64,000 nt of DNA from an uncultured Bacteroides sp. (GCA_947173895.1 CAMWGU010000005.1:3579-67578); one strand, 5' to 3'. Numbered from the stretch's first letter, positions 31,489 to 41,719 are shown. Notes: generated from the letters alone by a model not told the origin. Made by a program: numbers and translations.

Positions 31489-31527
31489 AAAGAAGGAATC
31501 GTGCAATCAACTCACGGTTCCTTCTTT
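31489..31527. terminator. Bidirectional terminator between the MFS gene and rnhB
   Basis: AAAGAAGGAATCGTG-N9-CACGGTTCCTTCTTT. Confidence 0.8.
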
Positions 31528-31531
31528 AACT

Positions 31532-32143
31532 TCAGAAAGGGATCTCCAGCTGCGGGTTCTCTCCCAGCAAATTGAATGTCATCCGATGATAAGGAGTAGT
31601 TCCATGTTCGCGGATAGCAGCACGATGTTTTTTGGTGGGATACCCCTTATTGTTATCCCAGTCATAAAAAGGATACTTGTTATGCAAACCATTCATATAA
31701 TCATCGCGGTAGGTTTTAGCCAGAACAGACGCAGCGGCAATGGAAAGATACTTCCCATCTCCCTTCACTACGGTGGTATGGGGCAACTCCTGATACTTCT
31801 TGAAACGGTTTCCATCAATCAGCAGGTGCTGAGGACGCACCTTCAACCCGTCGATGGCCCGATGCATGGCCAAGAAAGAAGCATTCAGAATATTAATCCG
31901 GTCTATCTCTTCCGGAGTCACCACCCCCACAGCCCATGCCAGTGCCTCCCTTTCCACCACCTCGCGGAGCGCATAACGCTGGCGCTCCGTCAGTTGCTTG
32001 GAGTCGTTCAGTAATTCACTTTTAAAATCTGCTGGCAAAATAACAGCGGCAGCATATACCGCTCCCGCCAGACATCCCCTGCCCGCCTCGTCACAACCGG
32101 CTTCTATCAATCCTTTATTCAAATATGGTAATAACATCGTCAA
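31532..32143 (-). CDS. rnhB: Ribonuclease HII
   Basis: [43 protein letters not shown]. Confidence 0.97.
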   Translation of the reverse strand: MTMLLPYLNKGLIEAGCDEAGRGCLAGAVYAAAVILPADFKSELLNDSKQLTERQRYALREVVEREALAWAVGVVTPEEIDRINILNASFLAMHRAIDGLKVRPQHLLIDGNRFKKYQELPHTTVVKGDGKYLSIAAASVLAKTYRDDYMNGLHNKYPFYDWDNNKGYPTKKHRAAIREHGTTPYHRMTFNLLGENPQLEIPF

Positions 32144-32160
32144 ACTCTATAAAAACCAGA

Positions 32161-32229
32161 CAAAGATAAGACTTTCTACCATCACTTTTCTGAATTTGCG
32201 CCGGAATTAATGTAAAATGCGTATCTTTG
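32161..32229. promoter_or_regulatory. Divergent -7 boxes for rnhB (-) and the LysO pair (+)
   Basis: TATCTTTG on - at 32161-32168 and on + at 32222-32229. Confidence 0.6.
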
Positions 32230-32256
32230 TTCTCTGAATCAAAAAACGTCATAAGC

Positions 32257-32541
32257 ATGTTTATAGTTATCGGAATCATGTTCATGGGAATACTTTTGGG
32301 CTTCTTACTCCGCCAGCAAAAACTCTCGGATATCCACCGGATCATCACCGTCCTTATCTGGTTATTGCTTTTTCTGCTGGGCATAGACGTGGGAGGAAAC
32401 CAAAAAATCATTCAAGGTCTGCACACCTTGGGCATGGAAGCCCTTGCCATCACCCTGGCAGCAGTATTGGGCAGTGCAATGGCAGCATGGGCCTTATGGT
32501 ACACCCTCTACAAAAAAAAGAATAAGGAGGGACGGATATGA
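32257..32541 (+). CDS. LysO/DUF340-family transporter, short subunit
   Basis: Three TM helices, IWLLLFLLGIDVG motif; ATG at 32257, downstream of the promoter box. Confidence 0.8.
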   Translation: MFIVIGIMFMGILLGFLLRQQKLSDIHRIITVLIWLLLFLLGIDVGGNQKIIQGLHTLGMEALAITLAAVLGSAMAAWALWYTLYKKKNKEGRI

Positions 32542-33140
32542 AAGGTAGTCTGATTATTGTAGGTTTTTTCATATTGGGAGCACTCTGTGGAGTATACCAC
32601 CTGATTCCCTACGACTTCACACAAAGCAAACTAAGTTTTTATGCTTTGTGTGCATTGATGTTCTGCGTAGGTATTAGCATCGGCAATGATCCGCAAACTT
32701 TACGTAACTTTCGTTCTTTAAATCCTCGCCTCGTCTTCCTGCCGGTTATGACTATACTGGGCACCTTGGCTGGTTGTGGAATTGTAAGTCTGTTTTTATC
32801 CCATCGCTCGATAACCGATTGTATGGCAGTTGGATCCGGTTTCGGTTACTACTCTCTATCCAGCATTTTCATCACAGAATATAAAGGTGCGGAGTTGGGA
32901 ACCATCGCTTTGCTGTCCAATATCCTCCGCGAGATCATCACCTTACTATTCGCTCCCTTGCTAGTACGCTGGTTTGGCAATCTGGCTCCCATTTCATCGG
33001 GAGGTGCCACCACCATGGATACTACCCTGCCTGTCATTACTCGCTATTCGGGACAAAGCTTCGTAGTAGTTTCCATTTTCCATGGGTTTGTAGTAGATTT
33101 CAGTGTGCCGTTCCTCGTCACGCTTTTTTGTTCTATTTAG
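32538..33140 (+). CDS. LysO/DUF340-family lysine exporter
   Basis: GSGFGYYSLSS, SNILREIIT, GGATTMDTTLP. Confidence 0.9.
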   Translation: MKGSLIIVGFFILGALCGVYHLIPYDFTQSKLSFYALCALMFCVGISIGNDPQTLRNFRSLNPRLVFLPVMTILGTLAGCGIVSLFLSHRSITDCMAVGSGFGYYSLSSIFITEYKGAELGTIALLSNILREIITLLFAPLLVRWFGNLAPISSGGATTMDTTLPVITRYSGQSFVVVSIFHGFVVDFSVPFLVTLFCSI

Positions 33141-33172
33141 GCCGAAAAACGAAAAACAAAACATGCTTATCC

Positions 33173-33877
33173 CTATAAATCAGGGTGGAACTTACGTAAT
33201 TCCGCACGCAAGGTACGAGCCTTGCCTTCTGTCATGCCATCCAACAACTCCCAGAAACGGGGACCATGATTCATTTCTTTGGTATGACACAATTCGTGCA
33301 ATAACACGTAGTCCATTAAATAGGGAGGTAACAGCATCAGATAGCAGGATAGGTTGATGCTTCCCGAACTCGAACAACTCCCCCATCTTCCTTTACTGCC
33401 AGTTATTTTCACCCGTCTGAACGGCAAATGATAACGTTCGGATAAAGCCGACAGCAAAAATGGCAAATAAATTTGTGCACTCTTCTTCATAGCACGGATA
33501 ATGGCATTACGTACCAGTTTTTGTACCTCCGGCAAAGAAAAATCCACATTCCTCGGACAAACAATACAGATTCCCTCCTCAGTGAAACGAACTGAAAAAC
33601 AGGTAAAAGCACCTTGTTCCAACCACAGGCGAAAACAAGGGGTGTGAATGCGAAAACTCAGATCAATAGTTTTTTTACCCACTTTCTTCCAGTCTTCCAG
33701 CAACTGCTGTCTGTATTGATTCACTACCTCCAGTATTTTGCTACTCAGGCTGTAAGGAGGGACAGTAACATACAACCCATCGGGCTTCACACGCATAGTG
33801 ATGTTGCGTGCCAAACGATGTGTCCGCACCACTATACGGTCAAAATCAGCATCGGGAAGTATTCTTTTTGTTGCCAT
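33173..33877 (-). CDS. M48/YgjP-like (DUF45) zinc metallopeptidase domain protein
   Basis: RWGSCS and YVLLHELCHTKEMNHGPRFW (HExxH); start set at MATKR (33877). Confidence 0.88.
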   Translation of the reverse strand: MATKRILPDADFDRIVVRTHRLARNITMRVKPDGLYVTVPPYSLSSKILEVVNQYRQQLLEDWKKVGKKTIDLSFRIHTPCFRLWLEQGAFTCFSVRFTEEGICIVCPRNVDFSLPEVQKLVRNAIIRAMKKSAQIYLPFLLSALSERYHLPFRRVKITGSKGRWGSCSSSGSINLSCYLMLLPPYLMDYVLLHELCHTKEMNHGPRFWELLDGMTEGKARTLRAELRKFHPDL

Positions 33878-33921
33878 ATACGTATGCAAAGATACTGTTT
33901 TTCACTAAAAATACAAAGACT

Positions 33922-33950
33922 TGCAACTTTCCCAAACTTCCTGTCGTCTA
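33922..33950 (+). promoter_or_regulatory. ECF sigma-type promoter upstream of the DUF2807 gene
   Basis: TGCAAC-N17-CGTC. Confidence 0.6.
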
Positions 33951-33984
33951 ATTAACAGATATGAATTTAAAAACATAGAATATT

Positions 33985-34704
33985 ATGAAAACAAAAAACA
34001 TTCTTTACTTCAGTTTTCTTTTGATTGCCTTCACAATGACCGGTTGTATCAACATTTCAGGACCAAGGCCCAGCAAAAACAAGATGACTAAAAAATATAG
34101 TGTCCCTGCTTTCAACAAAATAGAAAACCAGGCATCCGCCCACATTATTTTCACCCAAGACAATACAATCAAAGTGGAAGCCGACGGACCGGATAATTAT
34201 ATCCCACACCTCGTCATAATGGTAAAAGACAGTACCCTGAGCATCAATCTGGATAAAAACAAATTCAAGAATTCAAAAATCAACCTATCTATTACCTGCC
34301 CGGATTTACGCTACATCAAACAACAGGGAATAGGAAGCATTTATCTAAAAGACAGCATGAAACTAACGGAGCTTTCCATCCGTGCAGAAGGAGTGGGAAG
34401 CATTGAAGCCGATGCATTAACAGCACGTTCTATCAATGTATCCCAAGAAGGAGTAGGAAGCATCAATCTGAAGGGACAAACCAAACACGCCACTTATTAC
34501 CTGGAGGGAGTAGGCAGCCTGAAAGCAAAAGATATGATTGCTTCCGATGTTATTGTCGAACAAAACGGCGTGGGAAGTATTTCTTGTTATGCATCCGGAA
34601 CAATAAGCATCAGCGCACAAGGAGTAGGCAGTGTAAACTACTATGGCAACCCCCAAGTTACCAAACTAAACAAATCTGGAATAGGAAGCGTGAAAAGCAA
34701 ATAA
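33985..34704 (+). CDS. DUF2807 / head-GIN domain lipoprotein (putative adhesin-like beta-helix)
   Basis: Lipobox MTG-C; repeated GVGSI beta-helix turns; YYGNPQV...GIGSV end. Confidence 0.88.
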   Translation: MKTKNILYFSFLLIAFTMTGCINISGPRPSKNKMTKKYSVPAFNKIENQASAHIIFTQDNTIKVEADGPDNYIPHLVIMVKDSTLSINLDKNKFKNSKINLSITCPDLRYIKQQGIGSIYLKDSMKLTELSIRAEGVGSIEADALTARSINVSQEGVGSINLKGQTKHATYYLEGVGSLKAKDMIASDVIVEQNGVGSISCYASGTISISAQGVGSVNYYGNPQVTKLNKSGIGSVKSK

Positions 34705-34768
34705 AAAATGTAGTTTTCGGACAATACCGGACTGAAGGACGACGGAAAAGCCCGTCATACCCCTCAAA

Positions 34769-34800
34769 AAAAGGATTACTGCTCACGCGGTAATCCTTTT
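34769..34800 (+). terminator. Intrinsic terminator (possibly bidirectional)
   Basis: AAAAGGATTACTGC-TCAC-GCGGTAATCCTTTT. Confidence 0.8.
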
Positions 34801-34918
34801 CCAATTATTTAGTTAGTTAATTTAAATTTGAGAGAATTGAAACTTCACAGCTTCAAATTAAAAGTTGTTTTAATAAGCACTAACTATCTTTATTATATAA
34901 AAGCAAATGAAAATGTCT

Positions 34919-35392
34919 CTACTTTATTTTCCCAACACCGGCATCCTCGGCGGTAATCTTTACCACAGTATCGGTTTGCCATGCCGACTCGTATGCCACT
35001 TGAGAATCAATTGTGGAATCACGGCACTCATCGTGTACCAGCACCATATCACGATCGTCTCCCTCTACCGCATGTTCTGCCACTGTTCCTATCAGAAACA
35101 GTACGGCAATCATTGCAGCAGCCTTAAAGAGAGGCATAAAACGCGCACGCACAGTAAGACGTTGCGCTTTCACCACCGGTCTTTCTATCCGGGCCAGAAT
35201 TCTATCATCAAAATCAGCTCCCAAGCCTTTTTGTTTCTCCAACTTCTGATAGGCAAACCAATGCTTGTAGCGAAGCAGATACACAGGAATTTCCTTCTGT
35301 AGGAAGAAAGAACGCAGTATTTGCTCTTCCTCTAGGGAAGTCTCGCATTTCCAATAACGTTCTAGAAGCTGTTCAATATATTTATAATCCAT
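34919..35392 (-). CDS. Putative anti-sigma factor-like membrane protein
   Basis: IEQLLERYWKCETSLEEEQILRSFF N-terminal helix plus one TM; overlaps the 3' end of the ECF gene. Confidence 0.7.
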   Translation of the reverse strand: MDYKYIEQLLERYWKCETSLEEEQILRSFFLQKEIPVYLLRYKHWFAYQKLEKQKGLGADFDDRILARIERPVVKAQRLTVRARFMPLFKAAAMIAVLFLIGTVAEHAVEGDDRDMVLVHDECRDSTIDSQVAYESAWQTDTVVKITAEDAGVGKIK

Positions 35393-35891
35393 AGTCCTCT
35401 ATTTCTGTATATCTTTGTTTTATTTTCTGCCGAGCACGGAAAAGGGTTACTTTCACTTGTTCTTCTGTAATCTGCAGAATATCTGCTATCTCTTTATAAC
35501 TTTTGCCTTCCACGTCTCTCAACTGCACAATGGTACGTTGTTTCTCAGGAAGTTCTCCGACCAAGCAGTGTACCAGCCTCACTTGTTCGTCCCAAACCAA
35601 CTGATCGTAGGGCGTCAATGCATCCGGCATCTCGCGCACATCGGGTGTCAGTTCTAGGTTCTGAGCCTCCATCTTTTGGCTACGGTCGATTGCCAAATGA
35701 CGGGCAACGGTCAGACAATATGCCTCAACAGAGTGAAACTGCGGCCAGTTGTCCCGTTTGTCCCATACTCTGATCATCGTATCTTGCACCACATCCTCCG
35801 CTTCGGCACTATTCATTGTGATACGAAGTGCCAACCTGTAGAGTTTGTCCTTCAAGGGCAGAATGTCGTTTCGGAAACTGATCTTTTGCAT
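35382..35891 (-). CDS. ECF-family RNA polymerase sigma factor
   Basis: Region 2 (AEAEDVVQDTMIRVW) and region 4 (RDVEGKSYKEIADILQITEEQVKVTLFRAR). Confidence 0.93.
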   Translation of the reverse strand: MQKISFRNDILPLKDKLYRLALRITMNSAEAEDVVQDTMIRVWDKRDNWPQFHSVEAYCLTVARHLAIDRSQKMEAQNLELTPDVREMPDALTPYDQLVWDEQVRLVHCLVGELPEKQRTIVQLRDVEGKSYKEIADILQITEEQVKVTLFRARQKIKQRYTEIEDYGL

Positions 35892-35905
35892 CGTTCTGTA
35901 ATAAT

Positions 35906-35931
35906 GACGGGTGAGTTACCCTGAAGTTACA
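35906..35931 (-). promoter_or_regulatory. ECF sigma-type promoter upstream of the ECF gene (putative autoregulation)
   Basis: Minus strand TGTAAC-N16-CGTC, about 14 nt before the ATG. Confidence 0.65.
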
Positions 35932-35953
35932 CTCACCCGCCGCTTTTTTTGAA

Positions 35954-36727
35954 TTATTTTTTAATTACAGTGCCATTCTCCCCGTTAATGGATGATGCTA
36001 AAGTGATTATCACTTGTTCTACTCCCGCATCAATAGCGGCAAAAGAATTTTCCAATTTGGGAATCATTCCTCCCTGAATGACGCCTTTCGCCACTAATTC
36101 CTTGAAATCATCGGGCGTAATAACAGGAATCACACTATCGTCATCGTTCTCGTCGCGCAACACACCTTTTTTCTCAAAACAATAGACTAATGTTACATCA
36201 AAGAGAGAAGCCAATGCTTTAGCAGTCTCGCCAGCAATGGTATCGGCATTGGTATTCAGCATACTACCCTTTCCATCGTGTGTCAGCGGAGCCATCACCG
36301 GCACTATGCCTTGGCGGATCAGTGTGGACAAAAACCCGGCATTCACCTTTTCCACATCACCTACAAAGCCATAGTCTACATCTTTCACTGGGCGTTTCAC
36401 CGAACGGATCACATCCATATCGGCTCCGGTCAATCCGATGGCATTTACACCTTTTGCCTGCAACCCGGCCACAATATTCTTATTTACCAGTCCGCCATAC
36501 ACCATGGTGACCACTTTCAGTGTCTCTGCATCCGTAATGCGGCGCCCGTTCACCATTTTGCTTTCAATTCCCAGTTGTACCGCCAGCTTAGTAGCAGAAC
36601 GCCCGCCACCATGTACCAACAACTTGTAACCTTCTATAACGGAAAAATCGGCCAATAACCGATTGAGTGTAGTCTCTTCCTCAACAATTTTTCCACCCAC
36701 TTTTATGATAGTCAGTTTTTCTTTCAT
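35954..36727 (-). CDS. argB: Acetylglutamate kinase
   Basis: IKVGG, VHGGG, GRRITD, NTNADTIA, GGMIPKL. Confidence 0.95.
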   Translation of the reverse strand: MKEKLTIIKVGGKIVEEETTLNRLLADFSVIEGYKLLVHGGGRSATKLAVQLGIESKMVNGRRITDAETLKVVTMVYGGLVNKNIVAGLQAKGVNAIGLTGADMDVIRSVKRPVKDVDYGFVGDVEKVNAGFLSTLIRQGIVPVMAPLTHDGKGSMLNTNADTIAGETAKALASLFDVTLVYCFEKKGVLRDENDDDSVIPVITPDDFKELVAKGVIQGGMIPKLENSFAAIDAGVEQVIITLASSINGENGTVIKK

Positions 36728-36731
36728 AGGC

Positions 36732-38624
36732 TTATTCTAAATACGTATATCCATACAATCCGGAGCGATAATTAGAGAGGAATTCTTTCCCTTCCTCTAC
36801 CGAGATCTTTCCTTCCTTTACCGATTTTGTTACCCAAGTTTCCAGCGTACGTACCAGCTTTTTAGGATTATACTGCACATAATCCAACACTTCGGCCACA
36901 GTCTCACCATCAATCACTTGATCTATAGAATATCCTTTGTTGTCCACCGTCACATGCACCGCGTTGGTATCGCCAAACAGATTGTGCATATCGCCCAAAA
37001 TCTCCTGATAAGCACCTACCAGAAATACTCCGATGTAATAAGCGTCTTTTCCTTTTAATGAATGTACCGGCAAATCGTGTGATACGTAACGGGTAGAAAT
37101 GAAATTGGCAATTTTTCCATCCGAATCACAAGTGATATCCTGCAAAGTAGCATTTCTGTCGGGCTTTTCATCTAAACGCTGGATAGGCATGATGGGAAAT
37201 ATCTGGTCTATCGCCCACGAATCAGGTAATGACTGGAACAAGGAGAAATTGCAGAAATATTTATCGGCCAACAATTTGTCCAGTTTACGAAATTCATCCG
37301 GAGCATGCTTCAGCCCCGAAGCAATCTGGTTAATTTCACGCGTTACCGACCAATACATACGCTCTATTTGAGCACGAGTCTTCAAGTCCACAATACCATG
37401 ACTGAACAGATCAAGAGCTTCCTCGCGTATCTGTTGTGCATCATGCCAAGCTTCCAGCATACGGCTTTGGTTCAGATTATCCCATATCTCATATAATTCA
37501 TGTACCAGTTCGTGATCATTATCGCTTACCTCAAAATCCTCGTCCATTTCAGGCAATGTCGCCGTCTCCAGCACTTCAAAAATCAATACGGAGTGATGGG
37601 CAGTCAGCGAACGCCCACTTTCAGTGATAATGTTCGGATGAGGAATTCCATTCTTGTTGCTGGCATCCACCAATGTCGAAATCGAATCGTTCACATACTC
37701 CTGAATGGAGTAGTTCACACTACTCTCACTATTGGCAGAACGAGTCCCGTCATAATCCACACCCAGTCCACCACCGATATCGACAAATTCAATATTAAAG
37801 CCCATCCTATGCAACTGCACATAGAACTGCGATGCTTCGCGCAGAGCGGTCTTGATACGGCGTATTTTAGTAACCTGACTTCCAATATGGAAATGAATCA
37901 ACTTCAGGCAGTCTTTCATATCTTTCTTTTCCAAAAAGTCAAGTGCCTCCAGTAGTTCACTGGATGTCAGTCCGAACTTGCTGGCATCGCCTCCACTTTC
38001 TTCCCATTTACCACTTCCCGAAGAAGCCAGTTTGATGCGGATGCCTATATTGGGACGCACATTCAATCGCTTTGCCATTTTAGCTATCAGGCGCAGCTCA
38101 TTCATTTTTTCTACTACCAGAAAGATACGTTTTCCCATCTTCTGTGCCAGCAAAGCCAATTCAATATAGCTTTCGTCCTTATATCCATTACAGATAATCA
38201 GTGAATCCGAATCTGTATTTACAGCTATCACCGCATGAAGTTCAGGTTTGGAGCCGGCTTCCAACCCCAAGTTGAACTTTTTGCCATGACTGATTATTTC
38301 CTCTACTACAGGACGCATTTGGTTTACCTTGATGGGATAAATAATAAAATTTTGGGCATTGTAGTCATACTCGTTGGACGCCTGCTTGAAGCAGTTTGCA
38401 ATTTTCTCAATACGATTATCCAGAATATCCGGAAAACGAACCAGCATAGGAGCCGCCACATCCCGCAATTGCAATTCATCGACCAATTCCTTTAAATCGA
38501 CCTCGACGCCATCCTTACGGGGAGTTACCACTACATGACCTTTGTCATTGATACCAAAGTACGAAGTCCCCCACCCAGTTATGTTGTAGAGTTCTTCCGA
38601 ATCTTCAATACGCCATTTTCTCAT
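36732..38624 (-). CDS. speA: Biosynthetic arginine decarboxylase
   Basis: YPIKVNQ, GLEAGSKPEL, HFHIGSQ, DIGGGLGVDY, NFSLFQSLPDSWAIDQ, ITCDSDG. Confidence 0.97.
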   Translation of the reverse strand: MRKWRIEDSEELYNITGWGTSYFGINDKGHVVVTPRKDGVEVDLKELVDELQLRDVAAPMLVRFPDILDNRIEKIANCFKQASNEYDYNAQNFIIYPIKVNQMRPVVEEIISHGKKFNLGLEAGSKPELHAVIAVNTDSDSLIICNGYKDESYIELALLAQKMGKRIFLVVEKMNELRLIAKMAKRLNVRPNIGIRIKLASSGSGKWEESGGDASKFGLTSSELLEALDFLEKKDMKDCLKLIHFHIGSQVTKIRRIKTALREASQFYVQLHRMGFNIEFVDIGGGLGVDYDGTRSANSESSVNYSIQEYVNDSISTLVDASNKNGIPHPNIITESGRSLTAHHSVLIFEVLETATLPEMDEDFEVSDNDHELVHELYEIWDNLNQSRMLEAWHDAQQIREEALDLFSHGIVDLKTRAQIERMYWSVTREINQIASGLKHAPDEFRKLDKLLADKYFCNFSLFQSLPDSWAIDQIFPIMPIQRLDEKPDRNATLQDITCDSDGKIANFISTRYVSHDLPVHSLKGKDAYYIGVFLVGAYQEILGDMHNLFGDTNAVHVTVDNKGYSIDQVIDGETVAEVLDYVQYNPKKLVRTLETWVTKSVKEGKISVEEGKEFLSNYRSGLYGYTYLE

Positions 38625-38665
38625 TTCTTCTTCTGTGCAAAGAGTGTGTTTTTACTAATTTATAA

Positions 38666-39193
38666 TTATTTATTTAGTTGCTTTCTCAAGTTGTCAACAG
38701 AGGCCTGAATCTGCTTTTTATCTTCCAGTTCATCAGCCTTGAACCGATATTTCGCCTTTGAATAGAACGGATACCTTTTCTGCAACGCCTCGCAAATAAA
38801 ACAGATCAATTCCTCATCACTTTTATTTGCCAACAACGGACGTTGCTGCCTAGCCACTCTCAGGCGGCGAAACAACACTGCAGGATCCACTTCCAGAAAC
38901 ACAGTATCGCCACAACGATTCATATACTCCATGTTGTCAAAAAAACAAGGTGTTCCTCCACCGGTCGATACAACCACATTTTCAAAATCGGCCACTTCGT
39001 GCAACATCTTCCGTTCTAATTCGCGAAACCCTTCCTCACCTCGCTCTGAAAAAAGCTGTTGAACGGTTTTATGGAAACGTTCCTCGATATGCCAATCCAA
39101 ATCAACAAAATTCAGTCCCATTTCACGGGCAAACGCTTTTCCTAAAGTCGTTTTGCCCGCACCCATATATCCTATTAAAAATATACGTGTCAT
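38666..39193 (-). CDS. aroK: Shikimate kinase
   Basis: GYMGAGKTT, GEEGFRELE, STGGGTP, RPLL. Confidence 0.96.
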   Translation of the reverse strand: MTRIFLIGYMGAGKTTLGKAFAREMGLNFVDLDWHIEERFHKTVQQLFSERGEEGFRELERKMLHEVADFENVVVSTGGGTPCFFDNMEYMNRCGDTVFLEVDPAVLFRRLRVARQQRPLLANKSDEELICFICEALQKRYPFYSKAKYRFKADELEDKKQIQASVDNLRKQLNK

Positions 39194-41598
39194 TTTTTGG
39201 CTTTTACAGCACCTTTAGCCTCCGGTTTCGGTTCTTCCGTCCCTTCTTCCCTTACAGTCTCTTTCGCCCTAGCAGATGCCTTGGTCTTACGCGTTTCAGC
39301 CTTGACTTTCTGTAGTTCGATAATTTTAAAGCAAGCGTCCAGATTCAGATCTGCCGGTTCCACATTATCCGGAATCTTATAATTCTTCTTTTGGTAGCTG
39401 ATGTAGGGGCCGTAACGACCATTCAGCACCTGCATGTCAGGATCGGCGTCGAACGTTTTGATAAACTTCTTCTCTTGGGCCTCTATTTTATTTCTGACAA
39501 GTTCTATAGCTTGGTCTAAAGAAATTTCCATAGGGTCTATTCCTTTAGGAATGGAGACAAACAACTTGTCATAACGCACATAAGGTCCGAAACGGCCTAC
39601 TCCCACCGTTATCGTCTGTCCCTCGTATTCACCCAAGATTCGGGGAAGTTTAAAAGCATCCAACGCTTCTTCGAGTGTGATGGTTTCTAATGAAAGTCCT
39701 TTTGCCAACTGAGCGAAACGTGGTTTTTCCTCATCATTAGCCGTACCTATCTGGATAACCGGGCCAAAACGTCCGATCTTGACTGATATGGGCTTACCAC
39801 TTACAGGGTCTGTTCCTAACACCCTCTCGCCTACCTTATGTTCCGTTTTCGAGTGAAGAGTCTTATCTACCAATGGATGAAAACCTTGATAAAAACTACT
39901 CATCATGCCTGTCCATTCTTTTTCTCCTTCGGCCACTTCATCAAATTCTTTCTCTACATTCGCCGTAAAATTAAAGTCCATGATATCAGGGAAATATTCC
40001 ATCAAGAAATCGTTGACCACAATACCGGTATCAGTAGGCATCAATTTGGCTTTTTCATTTCCTGTCATCTCGGTCTTGGTAGTTTCTGTAATCTTGCTTC
40101 CTTTCAATTTCAAGATATCATACGTACGCTGCACTCCTTCGCTGTTTCCTTTCTCCACATAACCGCGTTGCTGTACAGTAGAGATAGTAGGCGCATAAGT
40201 AGACGGGCGACCAATGCCCAGTTCTTCCAGTTTACGCACCAAACTGGCCTCCGTGTAGCGAGGCGGACACAGAGTGAAACGCTGGGTAGCCAGAATTTCT
40301 TTTCTAAGCAATGTCCCTCCTTTGTTCAGAGAAGGCAACAAGCGGCTTTCATCCTCCTGCTCACTGTCATCATCGTACGATTCCTTATAAACACGCAAAA
40401 AACCATCAAAAGTAATTACTTCGCCGGTGGCGATAAACTTTTCGTTGCTATTGCTGATAGCAATGGTAGCAGTGGTCTTTTCCAGTTCCGCATCTGCCAT
40501 TTGCGAGGCAATGGTACGTTTCCATATCAGTTCATACAGTTTTTGCTCCTGATGGCTACCACTCGCCGTTTCGTTTTTCATATAAGTGGGGCGGATGGCC
40601 TCGTGAGCTTCCTGCGCTCCTTTGGTCTTGGTGGCAAACTTACGCAGCTTGACATATTTTTCTCCCATTAGCGACAAGATGGTCTGCTTGCTGGTTTCCA
40701 AAGCTAAATCTGAAAGATTCACAGAGTCCGTACGCATGTAGGTGATCTGTCCATTCTCGTACAAGCGCTGTGCCACCATCATGGTCTGAGCTACCGTAAA
40801 TCCCAATTTGCGTGCAGCTTCCTGCTGCAATGTAGAAGTAGTAAACGGTGCCGCCGGTGATTTCTTAACAGGGCGGGTCGTTACATCCTCGATAGAGAAC
40901 TGTGCATCCTTACAAGTCTCCAAAAAAGCCTGAGCCTCTTCTTTCGTATTAAAACGGGTGCCCAGTTCTGCTCTTACCTCCACTTTTTCGCCATCGGCAG
41001 GCACTTCGAACAAGGCCGTCACACGATACGAAGGTTCACTGACAAATGTATGCAACTCGCGTTCGCGCTCCACAATGAGACGGACAGCAACAGACTGCAC
41101 CCGTCCGGCAGAAAGGGCAGGCTTCACCTTCTTCCAAAGCACAGGCGAAAGTTCAAAACCAACAATTCTGTCCAAAATGCGACGTGCCTGCTGAGCATTC
41201 ACCAAATTCACATCAATATCACGCGGATTCTCAATAGCTTTCAGGATCGCCGTCTTGGTTATCTCATGGAATACAATACGTTTAGTCTTCTTAGGATCCA
41301 GCCCCAAGACTTCAAACAAATGCCATGAAATAGCTTCTCCCTCGCGGTCCTCATCGGATGCAAGCCATACCATATCTGCTTTCTTTGCTTCCGCTTTCAA
41401 TTCGGCTACCAATTTCTTCTTATCTGACGGTATCTCATAAGTCGGTTCAAACCCATGTTCTACATCGATACTAAACTCCCTCTTCTTCAAATCCCGGATA
41501 TGACCGTAACTGGAAAGGACTTTATAATCATTGCCCAAGAATTTCTCAATGGTTTTAGCCTTAGCGGGTGACTCAACTATTACTAGATTTTTCTGCAT
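39190..41598 (-). CDS. topA: DNA topoisomerase I
   Basis: VIVESPAKAKTI, ASDEDREGE, SAGRVQS, TYMRTDS, GIGRPSTY; C-terminal GRFGPY repeats. Confidence 0.98.
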   Translation of the reverse strand: MQKNLVIVESPAKAKTIEKFLGNDYKVLSSYGHIRDLKKREFSIDVEHGFEPTYEIPSDKKKLVAELKAEAKKADMVWLASDEDREGEAISWHLFEVLGLDPKKTKRIVFHEITKTAILKAIENPRDIDVNLVNAQQARRILDRIVGFELSPVLWKKVKPALSAGRVQSVAVRLIVERERELHTFVSEPSYRVTALFEVPADGEKVEVRAELGTRFNTKEEAQAFLETCKDAQFSIEDVTTRPVKKSPAAPFTTSTLQQEAARKLGFTVAQTMMVAQRLYENGQITYMRTDSVNLSDLALETSKQTILSLMGEKYVKLRKFATKTKGAQEAHEAIRPTYMKNETASGSHQEQKLYELIWKRTIASQMADAELEKTTATIAISNSNEKFIATGEVITFDGFLRVYKESYDDDSEQEDESRLLPSLNKGGTLLRKEILATQRFTLCPPRYTEASLVRKLEELGIGRPSTYAPTISTVQQRGYVEKGNSEGVQRTYDILKLKGSKITETTKTEMTGNEKAKLMPTDTGIVVNDFLMEYFPDIMDFNFTANVEKEFDEVAEGEKEWTGMMSSFYQGFHPLVDKTLHSKTEHKVGERVLGTDPVSGKPISVKIGRFGPVIQIGTANDEEKPRFAQLAKGLSLETITLEEALDAFKLPRILGEYEGQTITVGVGRFGPYVRYDKLFVSIPKGIDPMEISLDQAIELVRNKIEAQEKKFIKTFDADPDMQVLNGRYGPYISYQKKNYKIPDNVEPADLNLDACFKIIELQKVKAETRKTKASARAKETVREEGTEEPKPEAKGAVKAKK

Positions 41599-41627
41599 AA
41601 TACTATGTATTCCATTTTATTTTGGGG

Positions 41628-41635
41628 CAAATGTA
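41628..41635 (-). promoter_or_regulatory. -7 box for the topA operon
   Basis: Reverse complement is TACATTTG. Confidence 0.6.
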
Positions 41636-41636
41636 G

Positions 41637-41687
41637 AAAAAAAGCAGAAGCACACCTATATAATAAGGTATGTTTCTGCTTTTTTTT
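41637..41687 (-). terminator. Terminator of the NUDIX-TPR-barrel operon
   Basis: AAAAAAAGCAGAAGCACACCT...AGGTATGTTTCTGCTTTTTTT stem with A/T runs on both sides. Confidence 0.75.
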
Positions 41688-41719
41688 CTAAAAAAATCTC
41701 TTTTCGTATGTCCACTAAA

